From: Leptogorgia sarmentosa
Lineage: Eukaryota
Direction: 5' to 3'
Length of the DNA: 64,000 bases
NCBI GenBank assembly: GCA_964658305.1
Contig: OZ210885.1
Span: forward strand, 17,608,001-17,672,000
Shown here: positions 25,301 through 39,199 of the stretch, piece by piece
Layout of the letters: each line of letters starts with the position of its first letter
Numbering within the stretch: the stretch's first letter is position 1
Program-made: the position numbers and the translations under genes
The notes under the pieces: model-generated
Database searches by the model: none
The model's input: only the letters and a program-made list of their open reading frames with translations
Told to the model about the DNA's origin: nothing

Positions 25301-28300
25301 GAGAAGGTCATAGCCATACAGAATATGGAACCACCCAAAGAGAAGAAAGAACTTCACACGTTCCTTGGTATGGTCAAGTATTTGGCGTCATTTATGCCTA
25401 ACCTGGCGACACGGCACCTTTGAGGGAGTTACTCCGAGATAATGTTGATTACCAATGGTCCCAGTCCCATACAAGAGCTTTTGACATACTCAAGTGTCAG
25501 ATAAGCACAGAAACTACACTTTCATACTACGACAGAAGCAAAGCAGTTGTGCTGCAAGTAGACGCATCAAGTAAAGGCTTGGGAGCCGTCATATTGCAAG
25601 AGAACAAGCTATTGCCTTCGCATCGAAAGCCCTAACCTCTGTGGAGAGTCGGTATGCCAACATCGAGCGTGAGTTATTGGCAGTGATGTATGGTTGTGAA
25701 AAGTTCCACACCTACTTATATGGAAGGCAATTTGTCGTGGAAAGTGATCATCGTCCTTTGGAACAGATCCAGAAGAAGAATCTCGACATGGCACCTCCTC
25801 GACTTCAAAGAATGCTCCTACGATTGCAACCATACGATTGTATCATCAAATACAAGCCAGGCAAAGAGATGGTGATAGCAAATACACTGTCGAGACTGTC
25901 ACCAAGAGAGGGAGATGAAATCCCTGGAATGCAAATGAAAATTCATCATCTGGTAGAGTTCTTACCTGTTCAGCTCCAACAGATAAAAGAAGAAACTGCC
26001 AAAGATGAAACTCTACAAATCCTAAGCGAACAAGTTATACAAGGGTGGGCTGATAGAATAAAGAACACTCAGCAAGCAATAAAGCCTTACTGGAATAACC
26101 GAGATGACATTTCTATTCAAGAAGGAGTTTTACTTTTAGGAAGTAGAATAATTGTCCCAAAATCACTACGGCAGAAGATATTGGAAGAAATCCACAGTGG
26201 TCATCAAGGGATGGAGAAGTGCAAACTCCGCGTGAAATCTTGTGTCTATTGGCCTGGTATATATAAAGAAATTGAGAATATGGTGGCATCCTGTAGTGCC
26301 TGCAAGAAATTCCAGAATTCGCAGCAGAAGGAGCCCATGATTCCAAGTGAAATACCACCAAGACCATGGCACACAGTGAGCGCAGACCTGTTCAAGGTAA
26401 ATAACTTCTGGTACATAATTATCGCTGACTATTATTCGAAGTTTCCATTTGTGAAGAAGTTGAATAATTTAACTGCAACCACTGTAGTTAATGTGGTTAG
26501 ATCAATATTTTCTGAGCAAGGCATACCAGAAACTCTGATTTGTGATAATGGAACGCAATTCACTTCTGCTCAATTTCAAGACCTAGCGAAGAGATATGGG
26601 TTCAGAGTGGTGACTTCGTCACCCTATCACCAAAAGGGGCATGGCTTCATTGAGAGACAGGTTTGAAATGCAAAGAATCTGGAAGTGATCCTAGTCTCGC
26701 ACTGCTGTCGTTACGTTGTACACCGTTAAGTGCAACACTTAAATCTCCAGCAGAACTACTAAATGGAAGAATGTTCAAGACAACATTACCAGCAAAGATT
26801 CATCCACCAAACGATCGGCACGAAACCAGAGACGTGCTATTAGAACAGCAAAAGAAGCAAGTCAAGCTATATAATAGGGATTCGAAAGAGAAACCAAATC
26901 TATTTCAAAATCAAGCTGTACAAGTACAAGATACTCTTAAAAAAACATGGAGTCCAGCGAGAATAGTTGGGTTTGGACCAACCCCTCGTTCCTATATTAC
27001 AGAGGATGAATCCGGAGTTCAGTTACGGAGGAATAGACAGTTAATCAAGCCTGATATCCGGAAGACACCTGGACCAACAAATTCTGAAGAGGTGAAGGTG
27101 AACCAAAGTGGAAAAGGAATGGTTGAGATACCTGATCGACCAGAAGTTCGAACACGTTCAGGGCGTATAATTAAAAAGCCGGACAGGTTAATGTATAATT
27201 AGATAGTATCGGACAGCCTTAATGTATAATTAGATATTATCGAAGAGTCCTAATGCATAGTAGGAAGTAATCGAACAGTCGTAAATAAGAACACGATCGA
27301 AAAGAGTTATGCATGAGTACAAATACCATTAGTTAGAAGAATAAATTAGGAATCTAAAGATAAATAATGTAAAGTGTAGGAATAATATTAAAATATAATT
27401 TTTATGTGAAGTTAAGAAAACTTAAAAAAAAAAATTTCTTAAAGAAAGGAGGATGTTATATATTCATAGTTACTTCCTCTCTTAGACTTCCGGTTTTATG
27501 TATATAAATAGCAAGCTCCTCTGTATAGGCGACACCATAGTAATAAAGATATAACGAAGATATATATTGCAATCCTTATCAATCAAGATACACTATCGAA
27601 ACAAGGCAACATAACACATACCGTCTCAGAAATGACCACCAGGATTCTATCCTTTGGTTTGATGTTGAGCGAACATACTTAAAACTATCGTGTGCTTCTT
27701 CATTAGCGAACACTGACCAGTGGAGCCATCGCTGAATCGCTGCGACAAGTACGTTTTCAGTACCTCTGTCGGCTCGAATTCCTTTGGGTATCCCATCTAC
27801 TGCTGTTATAGTTTTGATATAGTAGCTTGCGATAAGCTTTGGATCATGGTTGCTGTCAGCAACTTCCAACCACATAACTTTCCGAGAATAGCCGTCAATA
27901 CAGCCATGAATGTAAAAGCCAAACGGACGGAGTTTATCGTACCCATCAATGTGCCATTGATAATTGGGACCTTTGGAAACATAAACCCGGCGATGCAATG
28001 TTCGTCTTGACCGTTCCTCTACGCCCTGGGGGTCAAGCTGTTTCATGCATATTCGGACGGTCTCTTGATCTACTTGCGTATTGTACTCACTGCGAAGTTT
28101 CTGGTGCATGGCTCGATAACCCATACTTGAGCCACTTTTTCTTAGTTCTTCATCTATGCAGTGAACGACATTTTCCACGTCCAAACGTAAATTTTTACGT
28201 TTCAAATCGAGTCTTTTCAAAATTCTCTTCAAATGAGAAACACTTATCGTGAAATTATGGCGCTCGTTTAAAAGGAGACATATTTCTGCGTAGGTAAAGC

Positions 28301-28373
28301 CAGAATAGAAATATCTCCGAATTAGGTCTTCTTGGCTATCATTTCGGTCAAAAAAATCGTTAACTGCTGCCAT
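22376..28373 (-). pseudogene. IS3EU-like integrase-core transposase (28373-27617 + 22828-22376), split by Gypsy
   Basis: Motifs WHIDGYDKL, HGCIDGYSR, RADRGTEN, NQRIESWW. Removing the Gypsy restores ..SFLRRY|GAANWWINYFKDLRNSG..WNAHKIR. A late frameshift is present. Confidence 0.9.
22834..27616 (+). mobile_element. Ty3/Gypsy LTR retrotransposon, full length; gag-pol broken by several frameshifts
   Basis: 163-bp LTRs 22834-22996 and 27454-27616 (1 mismatch, TG..CA). TSD CATAC. PBS TGGTGGCAGCGGT, PPT AAAGAAAGGAGGA. CCHC knuckles, DTGA protease, RT ADDI, RNase H DAS, integrase HHCC/DNG. Confidence 0.97.
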
Positions 28374-29005
28374 TCACGTATACTTTTGCTTGCTTCCTGG
28401 TAGCTGCCTGCAACGGTGGTGTTAAAATTTATTACAGCCGTGTGTTCTTTCGTTTTGAAATAGGGATCTTGGACTTTTTAAATCGGATCTCGGATTTTTA
28501 CAACTCGGATCTCGGACTTTTTAAACTCGGATTTCGGATCTCGGATTTTTACAACTCGGATCTCGGACTTTTACAACTCGGAACTTGGATGATACTTATA
28601 CGCTTCCGTACGGTTTACTTCTGATAAAGTAAGATTTTATCTATTCATTCATGTGAAAATTATGTAGTTCCACGAGGGGTGCAACGGAATTGCATCTTTT
28701 CGATGCTCATCCTACGGCCTATAAATTCAACAAAAACATTTGAGAATAATACAGCTGTAATATTATGGTAAATAAATGAGTTATTAAGGGTTTATTAAAT
28801 TTTCACAAGTTTAAATTTATTTGATTGTAAATCATGGAAAAATGATGTTAAATCTTTGGGTATATGAAAATCTAACTTAAAAGTATATATACCACTGCAC
28901 ATGATGTGAACAATTATAGTGAACATCTATACAAGGGTAAATACTTTGATGTGATGCAGCAACAACAACAGTAAATATCAAAAAATACATTTGGCAAAAT
29001 TGATA

Positions 29006-29170
29006 AAGCCCCATTTACACGAGCAATTTTTATGTGACAATTTTTAGTTACCCGTGTAGACGAGCAAAATTGGGCAATTTTTGTGTGGCAAATACATTTG
29101 TTGAAAAGCTGGCATGTTAGCTTTTATGTGACAAATTAAAATTGTCACATTCCAAAAATTGCCCGTGTAG
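29006..29170. mobile_element. Probable Harbinger-type MITE, one end damaged
   Basis: AAGCCCCATTTACACGAGCAATTTTT ... AAAAATTGCCCGTGTAGAT inverted pair. Confidence 0.45.
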
Positions 29171-29319
29171 ATTATTCGTCACAGAAAATGTGGTAGCGGT
29201 CGACTATTGACATTGGTTTCCAGGCTTCTGCTAGACTCGATATAGGTCAGTGTAACTGACAAGCAATATATCACAGTTGTCAGGTGCATTAAGCAAAAAA
29301 CAAGAACTTAAAAACTCCT

Positions 29320-30400
29320 TTAAAAACTTGCCTGTTCTTTTATTGTGTTCTGTAATTCAGATTTCAAGTCTAGCGCTCCTTCATCTTCCCCTGGCGTTCT
29401 GGTAATATGGCAAAGACTGTTCAGGTTGTCTTTGCATTGCTTCACCAAGTATGATCGTGGTAGCTTCCCCCCATCTACCATGGTCAATTTATGGTAGGCT
29501 GCCCACCCAATGCAGAATTTGTCAGTGATATAGAGGACCTGTTTCACCTTCTCTTTCTCTGTTTCAGACAAATCCTTGTATGACTTGCTGCTCTTCCCTC
29601 CTTCATAATCGATGGTATGCAAACCTCCATGAGTATCTTTAAATCAACTGAGCTCAGTTTCAGGCCGAATGTCTCCACAAACCAAAGAGCCTGTTCGACA
29701 TATGTTTCCAGTTCCCTTATCTTTTGTCTCTGTTGTCTCTCTTTAAGTTCGCAAAAGGTTTTGCCACAGTTTACGAATCCTTCTTGATTGGCAATTTTAT
29801 TGAAATATTGCAGTAAGTTCGCATTATCATTTCCAAGCTTGTCTGCTTCAATCCTCGCCTCATTTATGCTGTCATTGCTTTTCCCGCTTAAGTTCCTCGG
29901 CTTCCACTAAATTTTCATAAAGTTCATCGCAGCGTTCATTCATTCTTTTATTTTCTTCCTCCAAGGCTTCTTTTGCAGCTTTCAAGTCATACACCTCCCG
30001 TTCCAAGTCACTTGTTGTCAAAAGTTCTCCGTGTCGAATTACAACATTTCTACGTTTCTTTCCAAACTTGATGTAATCATCACAACTTTTCTTTTTGAAA
30101 TTGCTTTTTACTTTTGAGAAAAGCTTCCTGAGCAAATCCTCAATCCTCTTGCAGTCCTTTTTTTACCAATGCTGCATACTTTTCAGCAAGAAAACAGTTA
30201 AGGATGCCAATAAGGCTGAATTCCAACAATATACCTTTATCTTTCAGGTCTTGCCAGCTTTTCAAAACTTGGTTGGTGATATGCATTGCAAAGGTAATTT
30301 CTTCAGAATTTATGCACTGCCTATCTTCACAAATTTCAAACAGTGATCAAAATCAATAACAACATCACATTTGAACTTTTCAAAATTATAATTACACTTC
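29320..30400 (-). pseudogene. Decayed N-terminal part of a probable transposase (coiled coil + DKFCIG..YHKL..LPRSYLVKQ..RTPG)
   Basis: Collinear fragmented ORFs 29872-30135 and 29320-29622. Family not determined. Confidence 0.45.
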
Positions 30401-32742
30401 CTGAAGGGCAAGTGTCATAAATCTCCTGTTTTCTGTTGTTTTTGTCATCGAGAAAAAAAAAGGAGTTTCCATCAGCGCATCGCAGGCTCAGGCTATGGAG
30501 TCATGTGCATCTACGGATTTCCATAAGGAAATTTATACGCAAAAATATCATGGCACAAATTATACATTGCCATTGCTTTTGAAGAAATTAAAGAGGTTTG
30601 TGTTCGCTATGGAATTTAGATCATCAAAGCAAAAATATTATGACGCAAATCATATATAGTTCAAATCATCTCTATTTTAAAGACACAATAACATAAAATG
30701 CGATATCATATTTCGTAGAGTTTCACCCAAATGTTTTTATTTGTATGCCAAATGTGTAGATCTGAATACTAAATGTGTTAATCCAACTGGTCTCAAAAAT
30801 TAAAAGAAATACAGCAAATACTAATCTATCTATAAGGATTTCAACCACAGAGTAAACTACTGTAAACATAGTCTTGGCTTTCACTCTCATCTGAAAGTAG
30901 GAGTTCTACAGGTACCAGCTCTCCTGCATCCGCACTTCAAGCAGGCGTCTTGTTTTTTTTTAAAACATCAGACATTTAAATCAACTTAAGCTCCTTTGGT
31001 GGAATATTTAAATTTTGCACCTATGACCCGACCAGAAGTAAATGCGCCGCATATTTAGCGAATGTAGCCGCTGATATTTCAATATTGGATTGCTGGCTTG
31101 AAAAATGTACAAAGTACAGATCATGATGATTATTTTGATACCAAACACTTGGCATTAGGTGAAGACCTTGATGATGATAACAATATTTAATCAGGGATGT
31201 CCAACTCGGCATAGCTGGTTTAAGTGAAGCCCTGGCAAAAATAGAATTACAAAACACACATCTACATACTATCATATATAAAATTACAACAATTTAACAT
31301 ACTGTATACTAATAACTATATTATGTAGATTCCATATGATATAGACTAAATACTTTCTTGGACTAAATACTTTCTTGGACTAAATACCTTTGGTCCTTAG
31401 ATACTTCTTTACATCTATTTTAAATTTAGAAAACCTAGTTTGATTTCTCAATATTAATGCTAACCTATTCCATATTTTTGCCCCGTTATATCGAAAAGAA
31501 TTTTGATATTAGCTTAGCTGAAGGTAGGCGGAGGTTATCTTTGTGTCTTGTATTATAAGCATAAAATTCGCGCGAGTAATTAAACTCATGCAATAAATAA
31601 GGACCTTACGGTCAAAACTATGCTTCAAACTGCAACAATGGAGACCAATTTCCATGCTTTATGACCGTCTCAAGTAATAATAAAATGGTCCTATTTTACA
31701 AGCCGAAACAAAAGGGATCCCAGTTCCCAATTGAGAAACAATATTTGGGAAACAAATTGCAATGTACTCTAGTTTTGCATTCCATTTGCGCAAATTGCAC
31801 AGCCTCGGCAGGTAATGCAGAAAAGTGGTAAACTTGGTGATCAGACTGATTTTTAGTGTTTCTAGTATGTAAATGGTAGAGCCAGACTGGTAAGAAATCA
31901 CTTATGAAAACGAAAGGTAAAATGCAACTTTTATAATTGCATTGTTTAGCCCAATAGTTCCACATTTATACAGAAACAAACCTTTCTAACCTTTTCTATT
32001 TCCGGTTTTTTACTGCTATTTCTATTAAGTTTATAGTAATTAAGCTTGCGTATTGCAGGCTCAATGACCGGAATAGTTGGCGATGCCTCAGCTACCATAA
32101 AATCACTTACACTTTTCCAGCAAATGTTTCGACAACAAACTGGTCAAATTTTTAACATTTAATTAAATCGATACAATCACCTGTATTAAAAGAAACTGAT
32201 ATAAAAAAAACTAACCTTTCTCGTAAAGCAGACCCTGATTCTCAGCTCTGTGACTCCCTGCATGAACAAAGTACTGATTAAATGTGGGTAGCGCATGCGC
32301 AGCGTAATGTGTGCGAAAAGCGCGATAAAATCGTGCATCTCGTCATGCCCTGTCGTCGTCGTTTTGAACACAGGCGGCCTATGCTACTGGATACACAATT
32401 GAGGTTAAATTTAATAGCACAGGCGAGAAGTCACAACAAATCTATTTGCGCCAACAAAGGAGCAATTCAAAGGTGAATATAGATTAATATCAACAAATCA
32501 AGTATACATTCTGCCACAAATTTTGCTATTTTACCAGTGGACAAATGCACGATTGGGCTTCATGTGTTTTGAACTATTTTATGGCTCACTCAAGTTCACT
32601 GGCTTACACAGACAAATGTTATTTGTATTTACCTTGAAATGCTCGAATTATACAAGGGTTTGTATCCCCAAACGACGGATCAAGCAGTGGAAATGAATCG
32701 GGCCTAATATTACGCCTCAGCGTGTAAAGAGTGTAACAGGTT

Positions 32743-35700
32743 TGTCGCGTTCCCAATTCGAGCGCCTTGTGCGAAGGGCCGAATAAGAGCTCGTTATAGT
32801 GTTCAATCATGCAAGAGACTAGGTTTGTTGGTCTTAACTTTATTGATTCTACACAAACACACAGTCCCGAATGCACGGTGAAACTACACAAATAAACGAA
32901 AAATACGCACTATAACACACAAAAGATAGACGAATATTCAATGTCACAGGTCCAACGACTTACGTTTATAGTGTCCCCAAATTTAACAGAAAAAATATGA
33001 ATTATATCTATGTCTAACAGTCTAAGAACTCCATTGTCAAACCACGTTTTCCAAACGAGTCCGTCCGACGATTCCCGACTCACACCATGAATTTCTCCCA
33101 GTCAACATCACACTCTTCACCCAAGGATACGCTATCCTTGTCATTGAGCTCGTCATTCTTCTCTGTCGGTAGCAACAACACTATTTCGCTGATAGGACAG
33201 TAGACTATCTTCCGTTTCCCCTCTTTGCACACCATGATCTTGGCTCCTCCAGAAAGGTTTCGTTCTCGGTTGCGCCACTTCATTCTGACTTGGAGATTTT
33301 GAAGGTATTCTTGTCTCCAGCGTAGCCAGAATTGATTGGCCAAGTACTGTACTCTTCTCCAATACTGACGGGCATATAGGTCTTGTGCCACGAATCTTCC
33401 AGGGGGAGGTGCCAGTGGACGCTTCTTTGTTGTCAGCAACATAAAGGGTGTTAAAGGACTCGGGTGGTCGAGGTTGGTTGGGATAGCTGATATAGGCCAG
33501 TTATTAACGATTCCTGCGACCTCCGCCATCAAGGTGACCAGTAGATTGTGGTCAAGTTGAGAACTTCCAATGTTCAACAGCATAGCATTCAGTACCCTAC
33601 GAATGGTCCTGATCTGGCGCTCCCAGACGCCTCGAAAGTGGGAAGCGTGGGGTGATCCCTCGCATATCTCTCGATGCTAGCTTGATCCATTTCTTTGAGT
33701 GCTTCTCCGAGCTCTGTCTTTGCTCCAACGAAGTTTGTTCCACAATTGCACCTAATCGAGGCAGCCGGTCCACATATGGCGAAGAAACGACGAAGGGTGT
33801 TAATGAATGAACTGGTATCCATCGACTGCAGAACTTCGATGTGGATAGGTCTGCTACTCATGCAAGTGAAGACAAGGCCCCACCGTTTTGACTCCGCAGC
33901 ACTGCCCCTTAACTTCCTTGGTCGGATTATCCATGGACCAAATACGTCAACTCCTATACTCATGAAGGGTGGGCTTGGTTCGATTTGGTCTTTTGGAAGG
34001 TTGGCCATATGCTGGGTGAGCATTTTCCCTCGCAGCTTTCTGCATGTTACACAGGAATTCAGGATTCTAGACACCATTCTGTGGCCTCCGACAACCCAAT
34101 AACCAGCTTGCCGTAGGGGTCCATGCGTGATCTGACAGCCTTGGTGGTAAACCTTGTGGTGAGTGACGGATCAACAACTCCGACACGTGGTGCTTCTTTC
34201 GCAGAATTATTGGATGGTTCTCCTCAAACCCCAAATCTGATCGATGTATACATCCTCCAACTCTAAGAACACTGTCTTTGTTGAGGAAAGGATCCAAACA
34301 AAACAGCCTGGACTTCTTCTTTCTCTCAAGGACTGGCGACTTTCCGGTTCATTGCCACTCCTCTTTTACAGCATGCTGATTTCGTCTGTGAAGGCTTCTC
34401 CTTGGGCTGTTCGAATCGTCCAGATTTCAGCTCGTTTAGATGCGTCTAGGGTAGGGACACAACTCCGCTTTCGGTCGTCTGGTGATTGTACTGTGACGTT
34501 TGTGGCCCCGACTTTATTTTGAATCTTTTCGCTCTCATGACGAGTGTTGCAATGGCTCGCTGAAGAGTACACCATTCCGAAAACCGATCGAATCGTTCTG
34601 ATCCTAACCCGCAGGCCTTCTGTATGCTGGTGGCGTGGACCTTTACCTCTTTTCTGACTTCTGGATCGTTCTTGTCGATATCTTCGTCGGATTCGTCGAT
34701 TGGTAAGGTGGTAGGCGAGTTCGACTTCAAGAAGGGGGGTCCTTTTAACCAATGAGACTCCTGTAGTGCTTTAACTGTAATGCCCTGTGTCGCTAGGTCG
34801 GCAGGGTTCGTTGAAGTGTCAATATACTTCCATCGTCCGAGAATGTGTGAATCTCACTGCAGGCGACACAACCGAAGTTCTTTGAATGGTAACATCGCCC
34901 AACGGAGACGTTCTCGAGGGCATGGAGCTCACTTCTCCAAGATTGCCAGCGTAGATTTGAGTCTTCAGGAAGGGGTTCGTCCCATCCAAGGGGTTTATCT
35001 TTCTGCTTCTTCTTTCCCAGGACGACTAGGTGTTGTAATAGAAGTTTTCCGACTAGGACAAAGGGCGCAGCCAGTCCAAGAGGGTTGTATATCGAATTTA
35101 CTATGGACAGGACTCCTCTTCTCGCACAATCGTTGCTCGATCTTCAGCTGGGAATACCTCCATCACTTCGATCGAGTTTGAAGCCACCTTGTGCAGGCGA
35201 AGGTTGGCGGTGGCCAATGCAGCTTGCGTTCCCTTTACCAACCTGATTGCATCTTTTTCGACCGGCTGAGACGTTAAGCCGTCATCGATGTAAAAGTCCT
35301 CGCAGATGAACTTCTTGACGTCTGCTCCGTGTTTCTCCTCGCCGTCATTTGCTGTTTTCCGCATCCCAAATGTAGCCACGGCTGGGCTAGGGCTGTTGCC
35401 GAAAAGGTGGATAATCTCCTGGGACAGGTCGTTATCTTTGAACCATAGGAATCTGAGAGTCTCTGTGGGCTGGATCGACATAGAACGAATGGAACATTTG
35501 TTCCACATCGCACATTACTCCAACGCTTTCTTGTCTAAAGCGCATGAGGACTCCTAGTAGACTGTTCATTAGGTCCGGGCCAACCAGTAGCTCCTTGTTG
35601 AGGGATGCCCCTTTGTATTCTCAAGATGAGTCGAAAACCACTCGAATCTGCTGCGGCTTTTTGGGATGATAGATTCCGAAGTGCGGTATGTACCATACTT

Positions 35701-38700
35701 TGCCAGCCTTGACACCTGCTTCCTCGTCCGAGCTTGTGGATTTGTCTTTCTGTTCTCTGGAGACGTCTGTTTGTTGGACCGGAACTGCATGTCCGCGTTT
35801 GATTACTTTTCCGAGAAACGCCAAATAATCTTTCTCCATCTGGGGCTTTCTCTTGAAGGTACGCAGCAAACTCTGCAGGTGACTCATAGCTTGCTATATG
35901 TTTGTTTGGCATCGTCACGTTCGGAGAGCGGAAGGGTCGCGGCATCTCCCAATTGCCATATTCATTTTTGTGGATCCCTTTCTCCATAATATGAAGGAAC
36001 TGGCGGTTTTCCCAAGACAAGCCGATTTCATTGTCTTCCGGAGTAGTTCGGTAAACGTCGCTCTTCTTTTCCTTTGAATGTTCCTTGATCTCATCTTTAA
36101 CTTCAAAGTAATTTGGAAACATTACTGTTCGAAATCCTGGGTGGGTTTCGAGGTTGGCGTGACCATCTTCCTCGTGCTGCATCCTGGGTTCGATGACAGG
36201 TGTAGGTGGTGGAAGCTGTATGGCTGTACTACGGGTTGAGATGTGTACTGGTCCTCCAACTCTGTCAAGACACATTTGACCAGACACCGTCCATCCTAGC
36301 ACGAGCTTTTGTGCCCAAGGTGCACCTTTGGGCCCATTTCTGAAAGCCCTGACCTTCAACAACTTTTGGGCATCTCGGCCAATGAGGATACCGGCTTTCT
36401 TGATCCAATCAGTTCTTTCTTTCAAAGTCTTTTTACTAAAGGCTTTACATTCACCGAGTTCGTGTCCGTTTCTTTCGTGAAACGAACAGAACCTTTCGTT
36501 CTTATTGTCAATGCCAAGCTCTTTATCCTCGTCGATGTCCTCTGCTTTTGTTTTGAACACGCGATTGTCTTTAGGTCTTTCTCTCTTCGGATCTCTGGGC
36601 CGTGGATCGTTGGGATTTAGGTGTTCACTAGCTACCACCTTCGGATGATTTTTCAATCTAGCTTGCTTCTGAACCATTACCAAGAACTGGTGGAATGTGG
36701 GGTAGAGGTCGTTGCTCTCTTCCATGTACTCGACCACTTCTTTCTCCCATTTGAACCTAAGCAAACTAGGCAGGTTGTTGACAATGGGCTATGGCGCTCG
36801 GGTAGTTGAGGCAGGCTAGTCTCGTAAGGAGGTCATCTGGTTGTCGACATCGTCACAGACGTCGGCGAATGCTTGTAACTTTGTCTTGTCTTGAGCGGTG
36901 AATTTGGCGGAATCTCTTAGACTGTGGAGGATCGCGTCTGTCAGGATGGCAGTGTTCCCAAACCGTCGTTCCAACTCTTTCCAGAGTTCGCGTAATGTGA
37001 CTGCGGGGTTGCCCTGTTGTCTCTTCCTGAAGTGGTTGATAAAATCCTGCGCATTTCGCTTTGTGTAATTCCGTAGGTAGGCAATCTCCTGGGAGGAGCT
37101 TAGATTTGCATCTGGGGTCATTGCTTGGAACGACCCTTTCCAAGGGTGGAACAAGGTAGCGTCGCCGTCAAACATGTCAGGGTGGCATTTCGGTAAATTC
37201 TGCCTGGCTAGGCTGGCTACTATCTTTTGGTTGGTCTGTGTGATTCCCTCGATACACTGGTTCGCGATGACAACTTCCAGGCGTGTGGTCTGTGGTTTAT
37301 ATATAGGTTGATTTCCTGCAAAGCCCCTAGGGGTAAATGACTGGAATTGATCCTTCGCAACACCATCTTGTTTTTCTTCAGCTGGCGTGTTACTACGTGG
37401 TAGTGGTTCTCGGGCGTGTTGATTGGTGGGGGGAGGGGAAGGTCTGTCACCCTGGTCTTGCTGGGGGCCGTTTGGTTGATGTTGTGTGTTGACCCACGAC
37501 TGGGTTCGTGATCCAGCATCTTCGACGCTTAACTGCTCCGCTAGAAGGGAAGTTGTGTCCTCTTCATGAATAGACTGCTCTATGGCTTTTAGCTTAGCGT
37601 CTGCTACTGCCTTTCTCTTCTCGGCCGCTAGTATCGCATGTTGCGCATGCTTTTGTTCCTGATGGAATTCTTGTTCGGCTTCGCGTTGCTTTTTCTCACT
37701 TTCTTTTTCGGCCATTAATTGCTCGAATTCATCTTGCTTCTGGGCTGCAGCAGCCTCGGCCAGTGCCCACCTCCAGACGTTACTGCAGGTTGCAGATGTG
37801 CGGGATGACTTGGTGCTGCGTGTACGTTTAGAACTGGTCGAACATGTTTTGGTGGCGAGGCGACTTTGTTGCTTTTTGCCTTGTCCATTGCGGTAGAAGC
37901 ATATTTTAAAGCATTTTGGGCATGTTCTGTTACTTCAGTAATATGGGTACGGGCTTCACCCCACTTGGCTTGTTCGGAAAGTGTCTCAATGTCTTTGAGT
38001 ATTGTTTGGAACTTGGTGTAAGCTTGTTGTAATGGTGTAAGCTTGTTGTAATGGTGCAAGGACAGTTGCTATCTCCTTATCCGATACATATTTCTCCAAT
38101 GTGGTCAAGACAGTATCTGATGATATATATAACGATTTTGTTACTTAGTTCGGTGCTTTTATTTTGTCGTTTCTACTCATTAACTGGTTCTGGGGCATCT
38201 GAAGTAGACAAATCAATTTCTCCCTCCTGTTGGTGAACCGATGGGTTCGTAGAGGTCTCCTTAGATTTCTGTTCTTCAGAATCTACAGCTGGTACATTAA
38301 CACTTGTATCCCCAGACCCCTTGGGGTTCTCCACGGTTGATCGACTGCTATCACAGCTCATCTACACAATCGTAAATTTCTCCAGTCGCACTTACTATTT
38401 TCGTTGTTAAAAACTCTCCAAGGATGTTAAACTTTCACTGTCGCGTTCCCAATTCGAGCGCGTTGTGGGAAGGGCCGAATAAGAGCTCGTTATAGTGTTC
38501 AACCACGCAAGAGACTAGGTTTGTTGGTCTTTTACTTTATTGATTCTACACAAACACACAGTCCTGAATGCACGGTGAAACTACACAAATAAACAAAAAA
38601 TACGCACTATAACACACAAAAGATAGACGAATATGCAATGTCACAGGTCCAACGACTTACGTTTATAGTGTCCCCAAATTTAACAGAAAAAATATCAATT

Positions 38701-38835
38701 ATATCTGTGTCTAACAGTCTAAGAACTCTGTTGTCAAACCATGTTTTCCAAACGTCAAAAAATCCCCCCGAGTCCGTCCGACGATTGCCGACGATTCCCG
38801 ACTCACGCCATGAACTTCTCCGAGTCAACATCATA
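32743..38835 (-). mobile_element. BEL/Pao LTR retrotransposon, both LTRs present, heavily degenerate
   Basis: LTRs 32743-33112 and 38439-38835, TSD AGGTT. Gag, RT (HLFG..SP, FYIDD), integrase (GVDVFGP, GTNFVGA) and FWLRWRQEYL fragments. Confidence 0.93.
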
Positions 38836-39199
38836 AGGTTGGTTGCTATGTAATTTTTTTTACTTAATTTATAATTGTGAGAAATCAGTGACCACGTGTT
38901 TGAATCCAATTGAATGTGCATGATGAAATATTTGTGGTATTGGCAATTCATACGGATGCTAAACTGTATACTTTGGATGCCAAACTTTATACTTTGGATG
39001 CGATACCTTTTATTTTGAAAGCCAAATGTATTTTTTTTAATGCAAAATGTGTTATTCTGATTGCTAAATGTGTTTTAAACGACCATGAAAATGCTAAAAA
39101 TCTGATATGAATACCAAATGTTTTGATATGAATGCCAAGTGTATAAATGCTAAAGGAACTGATTTTAGTATCAAAGCTACACTTGATAGACATATTAAT

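Larger units (their letters stand above)
12952..28610 (-). mobile_element. IS3EU-like DNA transposon carrying a HECT ligase gene
   Basis: ~150-bp TIRs TACGGAAGCGTATAAGTA.. built of ~22-bp subrepeats (TCCGAGTTGTAAAAGTCCGAGA). 6-bp TSD CGGTTT (12946-12951, 28611-28616). Encodes an integrase-type DDE transposase. Confidence 0.85.
10239..28687. mobile_element. Non-autonomous Sola1-like TIR element (outer shell of the nest)
   Basis: TIR CCGTTGCAACCCTCGTGGAACTACATAATTTTCACATGAATGAATAGATAAAA at 10239, inverted at 28622-28687, with AATT on both flanks. Inner TIR parts at ~10392-10470 pair with ~12842-12950. Confidence 0.75.

Noticed and set aside
31344..31390. 17-bp triple repeat GACTAAATACTTTCTTG
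   Set aside because: Short local slippage with no associated structure.
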